Below, one piece after another: positions 19,364 through 28,398 of a DNA stretch of 64,000 nucleotides. This DNA comes from an uncultured Bacteroidota bacterium (GTDB lineage: Bacteria; Bacteroidota; Bacteroidia; 2-12-FULL-35-15). Numbering within the stretch: the first letter of the stretch is position 1; every line of letters starts with the position of its first letter. A model generated the notes under the pieces. It worked only from the letters and a program-made list of their open reading frames with translations. It was not told where the DNA came from and searched no databases. The translations under genes and the position numbers were made by a program. The stretch lies in contig CAIQBY010000166.1 of the NCBI GenBank assembly GCA_903870175.1, forward strand, positions 1,395 to 65,394. The letters are read 5' to 3'.

Positions 19364-20161
19364 ATGATTTTTACAGATCAACTCAATAGAAAAATAGATT
19401 TACCGCAAACTCCCAAAAGAATTATTTCCCTTGTTCCTTCACAAACTGAATTACTTTATGATTTAGGACTACACGATGACGTCATTGGAATTACGAAATT
19501 CTGTATTCACCCAAAAGAATGGCATGAAACAAAAACAAGAATTGGCGGCACTAAGAATATTGACATTGAAAAAATAAAACAACTTGAACCGGATTTAATT
19601 ATCGGGAACAAAGAAGAAAATGACCAGCAACAGATAGAGGAATTATACAAACATTTTAATGTTTGGATGAGTGATATCAATACTCTTAAAGATTCTTTTG
19701 AAATGATAACAAGGTTGGGAGCGATGCTCGGGAAATACAATGAAAGCATTAATTTGAAAATTGAAATTGAATTCAAGTTCAATAATTTTAATACTCCTAA
19801 TAAATTTTCTTCTCCAAAAAACATTGCTTACTTTATTTGGAAAAAACCTTACATGGTTGCCGGGAGAAATACTTTTATAAACGATATGTTAACTCGTTGT
19901 GGTTTCAATAATGTGTTTGCATCTCCTGAATTTTCACATTATCCTGAAGTAACAAAAGAGCAAATTCAGGAAGCAAATCCTGAAATTATTTTTCTTTCTT
20001 CCGAACCTTTTCCTTTTAAAGAAGACCATATCGCGGAACTACAGGCTGTCTGCCCTGGTACAAAAGTTATGATTGTGGATGGAGAAATGTTTTCGTGGTA
20101 TGGCTCACGATTGTTGCAGGCTCCTGCCTATTTTACTAAACTTATTCAACTATTAATGTGA
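19364..20161 (+). CDS. Periplasmic-binding-protein fold protein (BtuF/FecB-like, cobalamin/siderophore-binding family) without signal peptide
   Basis: 265 aa. PRIISLVPSQTELLYDLGL..DVIGIT is typical of the PBP class III (TroA/BtuF) family. No N-terminal signal peptide. Starts 4 bp after the SNF2 gene stop. Confidence 0.7.
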   Translation: MIFTDQLNRKIDLPQTPKRIISLVPSQTELLYDLGLHDDVIGITKFCIHPKEWHETKTRIGGTKNIDIEKIKQLEPDLIIGNKEENDQQQIEELYKHFNVWMSDINTLKDSFEMITRLGAMLGKYNESINLKIEIEFKFNNFNTPNKFSSPKNIAYFIWKKPYMVAGRNTFINDMLTRCGFNNVFASPEFSHYPEVTKEQIQEANPEIIFLSSEPFPFKEDHIAELQAVCPGTKVMIVDGEMFSWYGSRLLQAPAYFTKLIQLLM

Positions 20162-20232
20162 ATAAAATTATTAATGAATATATTCTCCCTACTTATTCTT
20201 ACTAATTTTGTGAGAATTATAAATCAGCACTA

Positions 20233-22530
20233 ATGAGTATTTCAAAACAATCAACTTACAGTTTACTCTTTGTAATGTTGTTTTTGTTTTCTTTCAAAAT
20301 AATTCAGGCACAAAGAGTAGGGTTGGTACTTAGTGGTGGCGCAGCAAGCGGCATTGCTCATATTGGAGTGATTAAAGCCTTGGAAGAAAATCATATTCCG
20401 ATTGATTATATTACAGGCACTTCAATGGGCGCTTTTGTAGGTTCGCTATATGCAATGGGGTATTCTCCTGTGCAAATGGAAGAACTTGTAAAGTCTGAGC
20501 GATTCAGGAATATGTCAGAAGGTATAATTGACCAGAAATATGCTTATTATTTCAAGCGTGATGATGCTAATGCTTCCTGGATAACCGTTAGACTTTTTGA
20601 TTCTGCTCTTGTTTCGGCTTTACCTACTAATGTTATTTCTCCTACTTCCATGGATTTTGGGATGATGGAAATTGCCGGAGCACCTGCCGCAGCTGCCGGT
20701 TATAAGTTCGATAGTTTGTTTGTTCCTTTTCGTTGCGTTGCATCTGATATCGAAAAGAAAGAATCAATAGTTTTTAAAGACGGTGATTTGGCACAGGCGG
20801 TAAGGTCTTCCATGTCGTACCCTTTTTATATTCGTCCTATTTTAGTGGACGGAAAATTATTATTTGATGGTGGTTTGTATAATAATTTCCCTTCAAATAT
20901 TATGTATAGTGATTTTTATCCTGATTTTATGATTGGCTCAAACGTGAGCTCGAACAATCCTCCGCCGGATGAAGACAATATTCTATCACAAATAAAAAGC
21001 ATGTTGCAAAGTAAATCGAACTTTGATTTGCCATGTGAAAATGGAATAATTATTCAGCCGAAAACAAATGTTGGTCTTTTTAATTTTAGCAATGTGCAGC
21101 CATTAATTGATAGCGGATATGCTGCAACAATTCGGCAAATAGACTATATAAAAAGAAATGTTGAAAGAAGGACGGTTCCTTCAGAATTAACAGCAAAAAG
21201 AACTGCTTTTAAAGCCAAAGAACCACTTGTAATTTTCGATAATATTATTATTGAAGGCTTAAACATGACCGAATCGGATTATGCAAGGAAAGTACTTCGG
21301 AATAAAAATACCAAAGTGGATTTGGAAGCTATTAAAGCAGGATATTTTCGTCTTTCGGCAGATAATAAAATAAAATATATTTACCCTACTACAAAATATA
21401 ATTCTCAAACAGGATTTTACGATTTGTACCTGCGCATTAAAAAAGAGAAGCATCTTATTCTCGATTTTGGCGGAGTATTCTCAAGTCGCCCTATTAGTGA
21501 GGGATACATTGGCATAAAATATAATGAACTTGGTAAATTTGCTACGTCAATAATGGCGAATGGATATTTTGGAAAGCTATATAACTCGGCACAAATAAAA
21601 GCACGATTTGATTATCCATTTAGAGTTCCGCTATATATTGAGCCGGATATTACATGGAATAAATTTGATTATTATAAGAGCAGCAGCGCGTTTCTGCAGG
21701 ATATAAAACCTGAATATTTATTGCAAAATGAAGAATTTGCAATGTTGAATATCGGCCTGCCTACTGGCAAAAAAGGGCGTGTAGTGATGGGTGCTGGTGG
21801 CGGGCAAATAACTGATAAATATTACCAAACTACTGTATTTACTCCCAAAGACACTACCGACAGAAATGATTTTGACTTCTATTCAGTTCAGGCATATTAT
21901 GAAATTAATACGCTGAACCGAAAACAATATGCTAATCAAGGAGAATATTTGAATTTCAAAATCCGCTATGTAAGCGGTGTTGAAAAAAACGAACCCGGTT
22001 CTACTTCTACTGATACGGTTGATAATTATACGAATCGTCATGAATATTATGTATTGAAATTAACCGGTGAAAAATATTTCAATAGGAGAGGAACGATAAA
22101 AATCGGACTTTTTGGAGAAGGTGTTTATTCTACTCAAACATTATTCAGGAATTATATAGCTACCGTATTATCTGCTCCCGCTTTTCAACCTACTATGGAT
22201 AGCAGAACGCTTTTTCTGGAAAATTATCGTGCCAATGAATATTTTGCCGGAGGTTTAAAATTTGTCGTCAATATTCGAAAAAATGTTGAAATACGTTTTG
22301 AGGGATATATTTTCCAGCCGTATCAGGCTTATATCCGAACTGCGGATAATAAAACTGATTATACACTTCCTTTTGCTTTGCAACATTATATTGGGTCGGG
22401 AGCTATTGTTTGGGATACTCCAATCGGACCGATGAGCCTTGGTGTAAATTATTACGATCAGGTGGTGAATCCTTTCTCCATTGATTTCCACTTTGGTTAT
22501 ATTTTATTTAATAAACGGGCGTTGGAATAG
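20233..22530 (+). CDS. Patatin-like phospholipase fused to Omp85/BamA-like outer-membrane beta-barrel
   Basis: 765 aa. Signal peptide. Patatin motifs GGAASGIAHIGV and GTSMG (GxSxG). The long C-terminal region looks like a surface-antigen beta-barrel. Confidence 0.85.
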   Translation: MSISKQSTYSLLFVMLFLFSFKIIQAQRVGLVLSGGAASGIAHIGVIKALEENHIPIDYITGTSMGAFVGSLYAMGYSPVQMEELVKSERFRNMSEGIIDQKYAYYFKRDDANASWITVRLFDSALVSALPTNVISPTSMDFGMMEIAGAPAAAAGYKFDSLFVPFRCVASDIEKKESIVFKDGDLAQAVRSSMSYPFYIRPILVDGKLLFDGGLYNNFPSNIMYSDFYPDFMIGSNVSSNNPPPDEDNILSQIKSMLQSKSNFDLPCENGIIIQPKTNVGLFNFSNVQPLIDSGYAATIRQIDYIKRNVERRTVPSELTAKRTAFKAKEPLVIFDNIIIEGLNMTESDYARKVLRNKNTKVDLEAIKAGYFRLSADNKIKYIYPTTKYNSQTGFYDLYLRIKKEKHLILDFGGVFSSRPISEGYIGIKYNELGKFATSIMANGYFGKLYNSAQIKARFDYPFRVPLYIEPDITWNKFDYYKSSSAFLQDIKPEYLLQNEEFAMLNIGLPTGKKGRVVMGAGGGQITDKYYQTTVFTPKDTTDRNDFDFYSVQAYYEINTLNRKQYANQGEYLNFKIRYVSGVEKNEPGSTSTDTVDNYTNRHEYYVLKLTGEKYFNRRGTIKIGLFGEGVYSTQTLFRNYIATVLSAPAFQPTMDSRTLFLENYRANEYFAGGLKFVVNIRKNVEIRFEGYIFQPYQAYIRTADNKTDYTLPFALQHYIGSGAIVWDTPIGPMSLGVNYYDQVVNPFSIDFHFGYILFNKRALE

Positions 22531-22629
22531 TTTATTGGTTCATTAGTCTGTAAATAAAAAACTTTAATAATTTCGAGAAATAATGAATAATCGATTGATT
22601 TTATATTCCGGAAATGAACCAAAACTAAT

Positions 22630-22850
22630 TTTCCCACGCCCATAGGAAATTTTCCCGTTCCCGTTGGAACCATTCCCACTCCCGTTTGAATCGTTCCCTC
22701 TCCCGTTTGAACCGTTCCAGTTCCCGTTGGAACGGTTCCAATTACCGTGGGAACCGTTCCCATTACCGTGGGAATCTTTCCCGTTCCCGTTGGAACCGTT
22801 CCAACGACCGTGGGAACCATTCCCACTACCGTGGGAACCGTTCCCACGGC
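22630..22850. repeat. 21-bp tandem repeat array (~10.5 units, consensus TGGGAACCGTTCCCATTACCG) each containing the palindrome GGAACNGTTCC
   Basis: A periodic array sits in the 428-bp intergenic space between the convergent patatin and mlaD genes. Both overlapping ORFs (22497-22847 minus; 22664-22993 plus) are heptapeptide-repeat artefacts of the array. Confidence 0.85.
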
Positions 22851-22958
22851 TAATTATTTTAACTAAAGTGCTGTTTTATAGCATATTGACTTTATTAAGG
22901 AAGAGAAATTGGGCTTTGGAAGCTTTTTTGGAACGTGAATCTGGAAATCCAAATAGTA

Positions 22959-23942
22959 TTATTTCTTCTCTTTCTCTTTATCCTGCTTTTTGAAATACTT
23001 TTTGAAAGGCCAGGTATGTCGTAAAGCAATCATATTTTCATTAAAGTTTCCTGCACCTTCTTTCACGTTCAACATACTTTTATTAAGATTATGAACAAAC
23101 ATGGTATCAGTAAGCAACGTACCGATTGAGCCTTTTCCATTCTTCAAGTTATTGGAAATAGTTTTGAAATTGCCTGAAATAATAGCAACCGAATCGCTGA
23201 TGGAATGTATATTTACTATAGTTTGATTTAAAGTATGCGAAAAAGTGGTATCGGTAAGCAATGCACCCACAGAGCCTTTTCCGGATTTAATATCTTTTAC
23301 TATTTTGCTCAAATCCCCTGTGATAACTGCCGTATTGTCACCAGTAACTTTAAATCGAATAACAGCATTTCTAACATTTTCGGCTAAAGTTGAATCAGTC
23401 AACAAATGCCATAATGAATTGTTATTATTGAATTTTTCGGATACTCCTTTTAAATTATCAGTAATCACTTTTAAATTATCATTAGTCATTGTAAGGGTTC
23501 GCAAGGCATTGTCCATCTGTAATGGATTCAGCGTAATTAATACACTTCCTTCTTCCACAGATTTAGACCCTTCTTTACCCGGTGAAATATTTATCAGTTT
23601 ATTACCTAGCAATCCATCAGTACCAATAGATGCAATTGCATTTTTCATTATAAATTTTGTGGATTCCTTATCAATAGTAAAATCTACTTTAATAGTTGTA
23701 TCCGAAGAAGAAGATACTTTGGAAACAGTACCTACGTTGATTCCATTAAAACGCACATTATTGCCGGATACCAATCCATTAACATTATTAAAATTTGCAC
23801 TCACATTTATTGTTGAATGAAAAATATTTTTCTTGCTTCCTATATAATACAAACCAAGTATGAGGAAGGTGGTAGCGATTAATACAAAGGCTCCAAGTTT
23901 GGCTTTATTTGCTGATTGTTCTTTCATTTTTGTTTTAATCAA
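22959..23942 (-). CDS. mlaD: MlaD/MCE-family substrate-binding protein
   Basis: 327 aa. N-terminal TM followed by an MCE domain (NVNGLVSGNNVRFNGINVGTVSKV). Confidence 0.8.
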   Translation of the reverse strand: MIKTKMKEQSANKAKLGAFVLIATTFLILGLYYIGSKKNIFHSTINVSANFNNVNGLVSGNNVRFNGINVGTVSKVSSSSDTTIKVDFTIDKESTKFIMKNAIASIGTDGLLGNKLINISPGKEGSKSVEEGSVLITLNPLQMDNALRTLTMTNDNLKVITDNLKGVSEKFNNNNSLWHLLTDSTLAENVRNAVIRFKVTGDNTAVITGDLSKIVKDIKSGKGSVGALLTDTTFSHTLNQTIVNIHSISDSVAIISGNFKTISNNLKNGKGSIGTLLTDTMFVHNLNKSMLNVKEGAGNFNENMIALRHTWPFKKYFKKQDKEKEKK

Positions 23943-24687
23943 AAAATTGTTTAATTTTTATATCCGTCGATTTGCTTAGTTCTTCATAAGTTCCGGTTGC
24001 ATAACATACACCGTCAATCAACATTACAATACGGTTTGATGTTATCTTAACACAATTTATATCATGAGAAATAATTATAGAAGCTGTATTATATTTTTTT
24101 TGAATGTCCAGCATCAGATGACAAATTTCTTTGCCTGTTATGGGGTCAAGACCTGTTGTCGGCTCGTCATACAAAATAATTTTTGGTTTTAATATAAGAG
24201 TTCGTGCGAGTGCAATTCGTTTACGCATCCCTCCGGAAAGCTCCGCAGGCATCATATCCACAGTTTCCGCAAGTCCTACATTTGTCAATGCTTCCATTAC
24301 CAAATCATTTACACTTCCTTTTTCTGTTTTAATCCAATGTCTTCTCAACGGGAATTCAAGATTTTCCCTAACTGTCATGGAATCATACAAAGCATTACTT
24401 TGAAAAAGAAAACCAACTTTCACTCTCATCACATCCAAATCATCATGGGAAAGATCGGTAACTTCATCGCCAAAAACCTGAATACTTCCTGCATCAGGCA
24501 ACATTAAACCGATAATACATTTTATAAGTACCGATTTGCCTGACCCTGATTTGCCCAATACAACAAGGTTTTCAACATCATTCAAATCAAGATTAAAATT
24601 ACGCAGGACATAATTATCACCAAAAGACTTTTGTAAATCTTTGATTTGAATTACAGGTTGCCCAGTATTTGTTATGTTTTCGCTCAT
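23935..24687 (-). CDS. mlaF: ABC transporter ATP-binding protein MlaF
   Basis: 250 aa. Walker A (GKSGSGKS), ABC signature (LSGGMRKRIALAR), and Walker B (ILYDEP). Confidence 0.9.
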   Translation of the reverse strand: MSENITNTGQPVIQIKDLQKSFGDNYVLRNFNLDLNDVENLVVLGKSGSGKSVLIKCIIGLMLPDAGSIQVFGDEVTDLSHDDLDVMRVKVGFLFQSNALYDSMTVRENLEFPLRRHWIKTEKGSVNDLVMEALTNVGLAETVDMMPAELSGGMRKRIALARTLILKPKIILYDEPTTGLDPITGKEICHLMLDIQKKYNTASIIISHDINCVKITSNRIVMLIDGVCYATGTYEELSKSTDIKIKQFFD

Positions 24688-25451
24688 GTGATATGAAGTA
24701 TATCTGCAATTTGAGCAGCCATTAAATCAATAATAAAAACCACAAATGTGCAGGCGACTACTGCTGAATTAGCTGCCCTGCCTACTCCTTCTGTACCGTT
24801 TGTTGTATTGAATCCTTTAAAACAACCAATGATGCCGATGGCAAATCCAAAGAAAAATGATTTAATAATTGAAGGCACAATATCTCCAAAAGTAAGCTTG
24901 TCGAACACCTGACTGACGAATAGATGAAAAGTAATTATTTGTTTCATATTAGTTCCTAAAAATGAACCATACAACGAAATTGTATCACAAACAATAATAA
25001 GAAGTGGGAGCATGAGCATAGCAGCAAATACACGCGTTACAACAAGATATTTAAACGGATTGGTACCTGAAACTTCCATCGCGTCAATCTGTTCGGTTAC
25101 TTTCATGGAACCGAGTTCTGCACCTATGCCCGAACCAATTTTTCCTGCACATATCAGCGCAGTAATTACAGGAACTATTTCCCGAACCAATGAAACGGAA
25201 ACTACTGCAGGCAACCACGATTGCGCACCAAAAGCTTCAAGAGAAGGATGTGATTGTATTGTAATAACAAGCCCCATAATGAAACCAGTTACCCCCACAA
25301 GAGGAAGTGTTTTGTTTCCGATATAAAAACATTGCCTTAACAGTTCTGCAAATTCATATCTTGGTCTAAAACCTTCTCGAAAGAATTTAACTGCAAACCT
25401 ATAAAGTTCGCCTGTTTCAACTAAAAGCTTATGGAGTGCAGTAGATTTCAT
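24684..25451 (-). CDS. mlaE: ABC transporter permease MlaE
   Basis: 255 aa multi-TM permease of the MlaE/YrbE family. Overlaps mlaF by 4 bp. Confidence 0.85.
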   Translation of the reverse strand: MKSTALHKLLVETGELYRFAVKFFREGFRPRYEFAELLRQCFYIGNKTLPLVGVTGFIMGLVITIQSHPSLEAFGAQSWLPAVVSVSLVREIVPVITALICAGKIGSGIGAELGSMKVTEQIDAMEVSGTNPFKYLVVTRVFAAMLMLPLLIIVCDTISLYGSFLGTNMKQIITFHLFVSQVFDKLTFGDIVPSIIKSFFFGFAIGIIGCFKGFNTTNGTEGVGRAANSAVVACTFVVFIIDLMAAQIADILHIT

Positions 25452-25757
25452 TAGTTCTTTTCAATTATCCAATATAAAAACCGATATTGTCATTTCAAAT
25501 GAAGATGTAAAAAGCATATGAAAAATTTCTGTTTGCTAATAATATTAAAATACAAAGATAGGTAGTTGAATTATTTAATGTTTTATATAACTTTAAAATT
25601 ATATTACATTATATACATATTTTGGAGGCAGTTTAACTTGGAGCAATTTTAAATAGTCTGCCGTTTACTATTTGCTATTCAGTTAAAATGATTCGTAAAT
25701 GAATATACTGATGGAAGAAAATCTTTGCGTGAGTTTAATAGACTTTCTTAAAGAAAA

Positions 25758-26132
25758 TTATTTAACCGGTACTTTACTGAGAGATTCTCCCTGACTATTT
25801 TGTTCTTCAAGTGTCCATCCATCCGTCACTGTTGTTTCCAACCATACTTTACCTGATTTTCTGAAAACCTGCACTCCCAAACCATAAACATCACTAAATC
25901 TTTGTTCCAAATCTACAACAGTCATTTTGGAAGTTATTGTAATATGCCCTTTGTTATGAATTGTTCTGCATTCTTCCAATGTCTTACTTGAATGTTTTAT
26001 TAACTTTTTGGGCGATGCACCACTTTGTTTATGCGGTTTGGTAAAAAATTCAATTTTTAAATAAGGAAATTCTGTATTAAATTCCTCCTGAATAGCAGAT
26101 ATTTTTCTATGGTCGTTAATGGTTATTTTCAT
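25758..26132 (-). CDS. Hypothetical protein
   Basis: 124 aa ORF with no recognisable motif, downstream of the UspA gene on the same strand. Confidence 0.4.
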   Translation of the reverse strand: MKITINDHRKISAIQEEFNTEFPYLKIEFFTKPHKQSGASPKKLIKHSSKTLEECRTIHNKGHITITSKMTVVDLEQRFSDVYGLGVQVFRKSGKVWLETTVTDGWTLEEQNSQGESLSKVPVK

Positions 26133-26183
26133 TTTTGCGAATTTTAATTTTATTTCTATTTTAATCTCTATTCAAAGTTATTT

Positions 26184-27014
26184 TTATTCATGCAAAGCAA
26201 GCAAAGGAATTGTAGAATGAAACGCCATACGTTTAGTATTGCTTTCATGAAAAATACTGTCAAAAAATCCATGCTTTTTTGGAATAAAAACAAGCATGTC
26301 TGCCTTTTTATGAGTAACAAATTCATTGATACCTGCAACCATATCTTCATTTTTAATAAAATGAAAAGAATGATCTATTCCTTCCAGAAGATGTTCGATT
26401 CCTACCCCATTGGCTGCCTTTTTAACTGAAGGAAGTTTCTTGACCTCTTTTACTACATTTACTATGTATAACTGAGCTTTAAAAAGGGTAATAAATTTCT
26501 TTAGTAAATCAAAAAATGATTTGTCAGGTATATTCTGATAATCATATCCTAAAACAATTTTTTTAATAATTCTGAATTTCGCCTTTTCATTTATTACCAA
26601 TATAGGGCATCTCGAACGTTTTATTAATTCTGTTGCATTGCTGCCAATCAATTTTTCCCCTAAATATCCTGCACCATTCATTCCCATTATTATTAATTCA
26701 ATGTTTCGGTCTTCAGTATATTGTTTAATAATCTCATCCACTGCAAATCCCATCTGATATATACACTCAATCTTAAGTTCCTTGTCGTATTTGCGTTGAA
26801 GACTATTTTTTATTTTATTCAAAGAAAGCATGCAGTCTTTTTCAATGTCTTCCCAAACCGGCAATATAACAGGGGCCTCAGAAGAAACTACCGGAACGTG
26901 GTAAATATGCATTAAAATTAATTTTGATTTGGTGCGTATGGCAATTTCGGCAGCATAATCAACAGCATTACGTGCGATTTTGGAAAAGTCCGTTGGTACT
27001 AAAATTGCTTTCAT
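26184..27014 (-). CDS. Universal stress protein (tandem UspA domains)
   Basis: 276 aa. MKAILVPTDFSKIARNAVDYAAEIA.. and a second Usp-like half. The ATP-binding G-x2-G-x9-G(S/T) motif region is present. Confidence 0.85.
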   Translation of the reverse strand: MKAILVPTDFSKIARNAVDYAAEIAIRTKSKLILMHIYHVPVVSSEAPVILPVWEDIEKDCMLSLNKIKNSLQRKYDKELKIECIYQMGFAVDEIIKQYTEDRNIELIIMGMNGAGYLGEKLIGSNATELIKRSRCPILVINEKAKFRIIKKIVLGYDYQNIPDKSFFDLLKKFITLFKAQLYIVNVVKEVKKLPSVKKAANGVGIEHLLEGIDHSFHFIKNEDMVAGINEFVTHKKADMLVFIPKKHGFFDSIFHESNTKRMAFHSTIPLLALHE

Positions 27015-27335
27015 TTTTTATTAAGCTTAGTTATTTATGCCGAAAATTATATTATCAACTGACCACCGATTCATGGAATGCGGCACTAACAATAAAAAAA
27101 TCAGCAATGTTAATCTAGGGAATACAAAACGGAAGATGGCATCATATCTTTGAAAAAAGAATTGCAGGCCACAAAAAATTGGGGCTATTAAAACAGCTAT
27201 TGCTTCATGATGTTGATTGAAAATTTCCATTACTTTGTTCCTTGCCAATTATATGAAACAAAAGTAATGGTGTTCCTTTAGGAACAAAATGAGTGAGGTC
27301 AGAAATGAATATGATTGTTATCAGTTATTCCACCT

Positions 27336-28394
27336 CTAGTTCTTCATCCTGGCGAGTTTATCGTAGTTAAGAATAGTGATTGTTCCGCCTGCTACTTCAA
27401 TTAATTTATCTTCTTTGAAGTCGCTGAGAGTGCGGATTACAGTTTCAGTAGCGGTACCTACAATATTTGCAAGGTCTTCTCTGGAAACATGCATACTGAA
27501 TTTAGTATCCCCTTCCTTTTTATATTTATCCGAAAGTTTTACCAGAGCTTCGGCAACTCTTTTCCTTACAGAGTTGTAGGCTAATTTTACAAGTTGTAAT
27601 TCTGTTTCTCTTAAATTATTAGAAAGCATTTCAATAAACTTTTTCGACACTTCTGAATTTTTGTAAATAAGTGCGAAAAAATCTTCTTTTGGAATCATGT
27701 AAATCTGAGAATCTTCAAGGGTAGTAGCAGTACTGGTATGCTTTTCCTCTTGTAACAATGAAAGGTAACCAAAGAAATCGCCTTCTTTGTGCAACTCTGT
27801 AATTAGTTCCTTTCCGAATTCATTGGCTTTATAAATCTTTACTTTCCCTTTACTTATAAAATAGATTCCTTTCGGATAGCTGCCTTCGGTATATATATCA
27901 TCTTTCTTTTTATAAATCCTTACATCTCGTTCTTCCGAAAGTTTTTTAAGCGATTCAATTCCTTTTGCCTGATTTATAAAGTCATTGATGCCTTCAATAT
28001 TTTTCGAAAACTCTTTCTTGAGAATATTATTCTTTTTTAAACGGCTTTCAATTGCATTAAGCAATTCTACGTCATCAAAAGGTTTTGTAAGATAATCATC
28101 AGCTCCCATTTCCATTCCCTTTCTAAAATCACTTCGCTCCGCTTTTGCTGTTAAAAAGATAAACGGAATACTTGCTGTTTCTTCGTTTTTTGACAGCATG
28201 TGCAATGCTCCATGACCATCAAGAACAGGCATCATGATATCACAGATAATTAAATCCGGCTTCTCCTTTTGAGCCATCTCCACGCCTTCTTTGCCGTTTT
28301 TAGCAGTTAATACATTGTAATTTGCCAGCTTTAAAATTTCAGCTGTGTTTTCACGCACATCTTTGTTGTCTTCGATTAATAATATTTTTTTCAT
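27336..28394 (-). CDS. Response regulator with receiver domain fused to cNMP-binding and Crp/Fnr-type HTH domain
   Basis: 352 aa. REC (LLIEDNKDVREN..DLIICDIMMP..D), a cNMP-binding beta-barrel (GDFFGYLSLL), and a C-terminal HTH (SREDLANIVGTATETVIRTLS). Confidence 0.85.
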   Translation of the reverse strand: MKKILLIEDNKDVRENTAEILKLANYNVLTAKNGKEGVEMAQKEKPDLIICDIMMPVLDGHGALHMLSKNEETASIPFIFLTAKAERSDFRKGMEMGADDYLTKPFDDVELLNAIESRLKKNNILKKEFSKNIEGINDFINQAKGIESLKKLSEERDVRIYKKKDDIYTEGSYPKGIYFISKGKVKIYKANEFGKELITELHKEGDFFGYLSLLQEEKHTSTATTLEDSQIYMIPKEDFFALIYKNSEVSKKFIEMLSNNLRETELQLVKLAYNSVRKRVAEALVKLSDKYKKEGDTKFSMHVSREDLANIVGTATETVIRTLSDFKEDKLIEVAGGTITILNYDKLARMKN

Positions 28395-28398
28395 GTGT

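Noticed and set aside
20233-22530. Patatin–Omp85 fusion as a novel system
   Set aside because: This architecture (patatin-like phospholipase with C-terminal surface-antigen beta-barrel) is a common, previously described Bacteroidota protein family.
22497-22993. ORFs 22497-22847 (minus, GTVPTV heptads) and 22664-22993 (plus, PWEPFPL heptads) spanning the 21-bp array
   Set aside because: Both are low-complexity translations of the tandem repeat. They overlap the 3' ends of the patatin and mlaD genes, and have no signal, start context or non-repeat domain. They are treated as artefacts of the noncoding repeat.
23245-23820. 191-aa plus-strand ORF
   Set aside because: It is antisense within the mlaD (MCE) gene.
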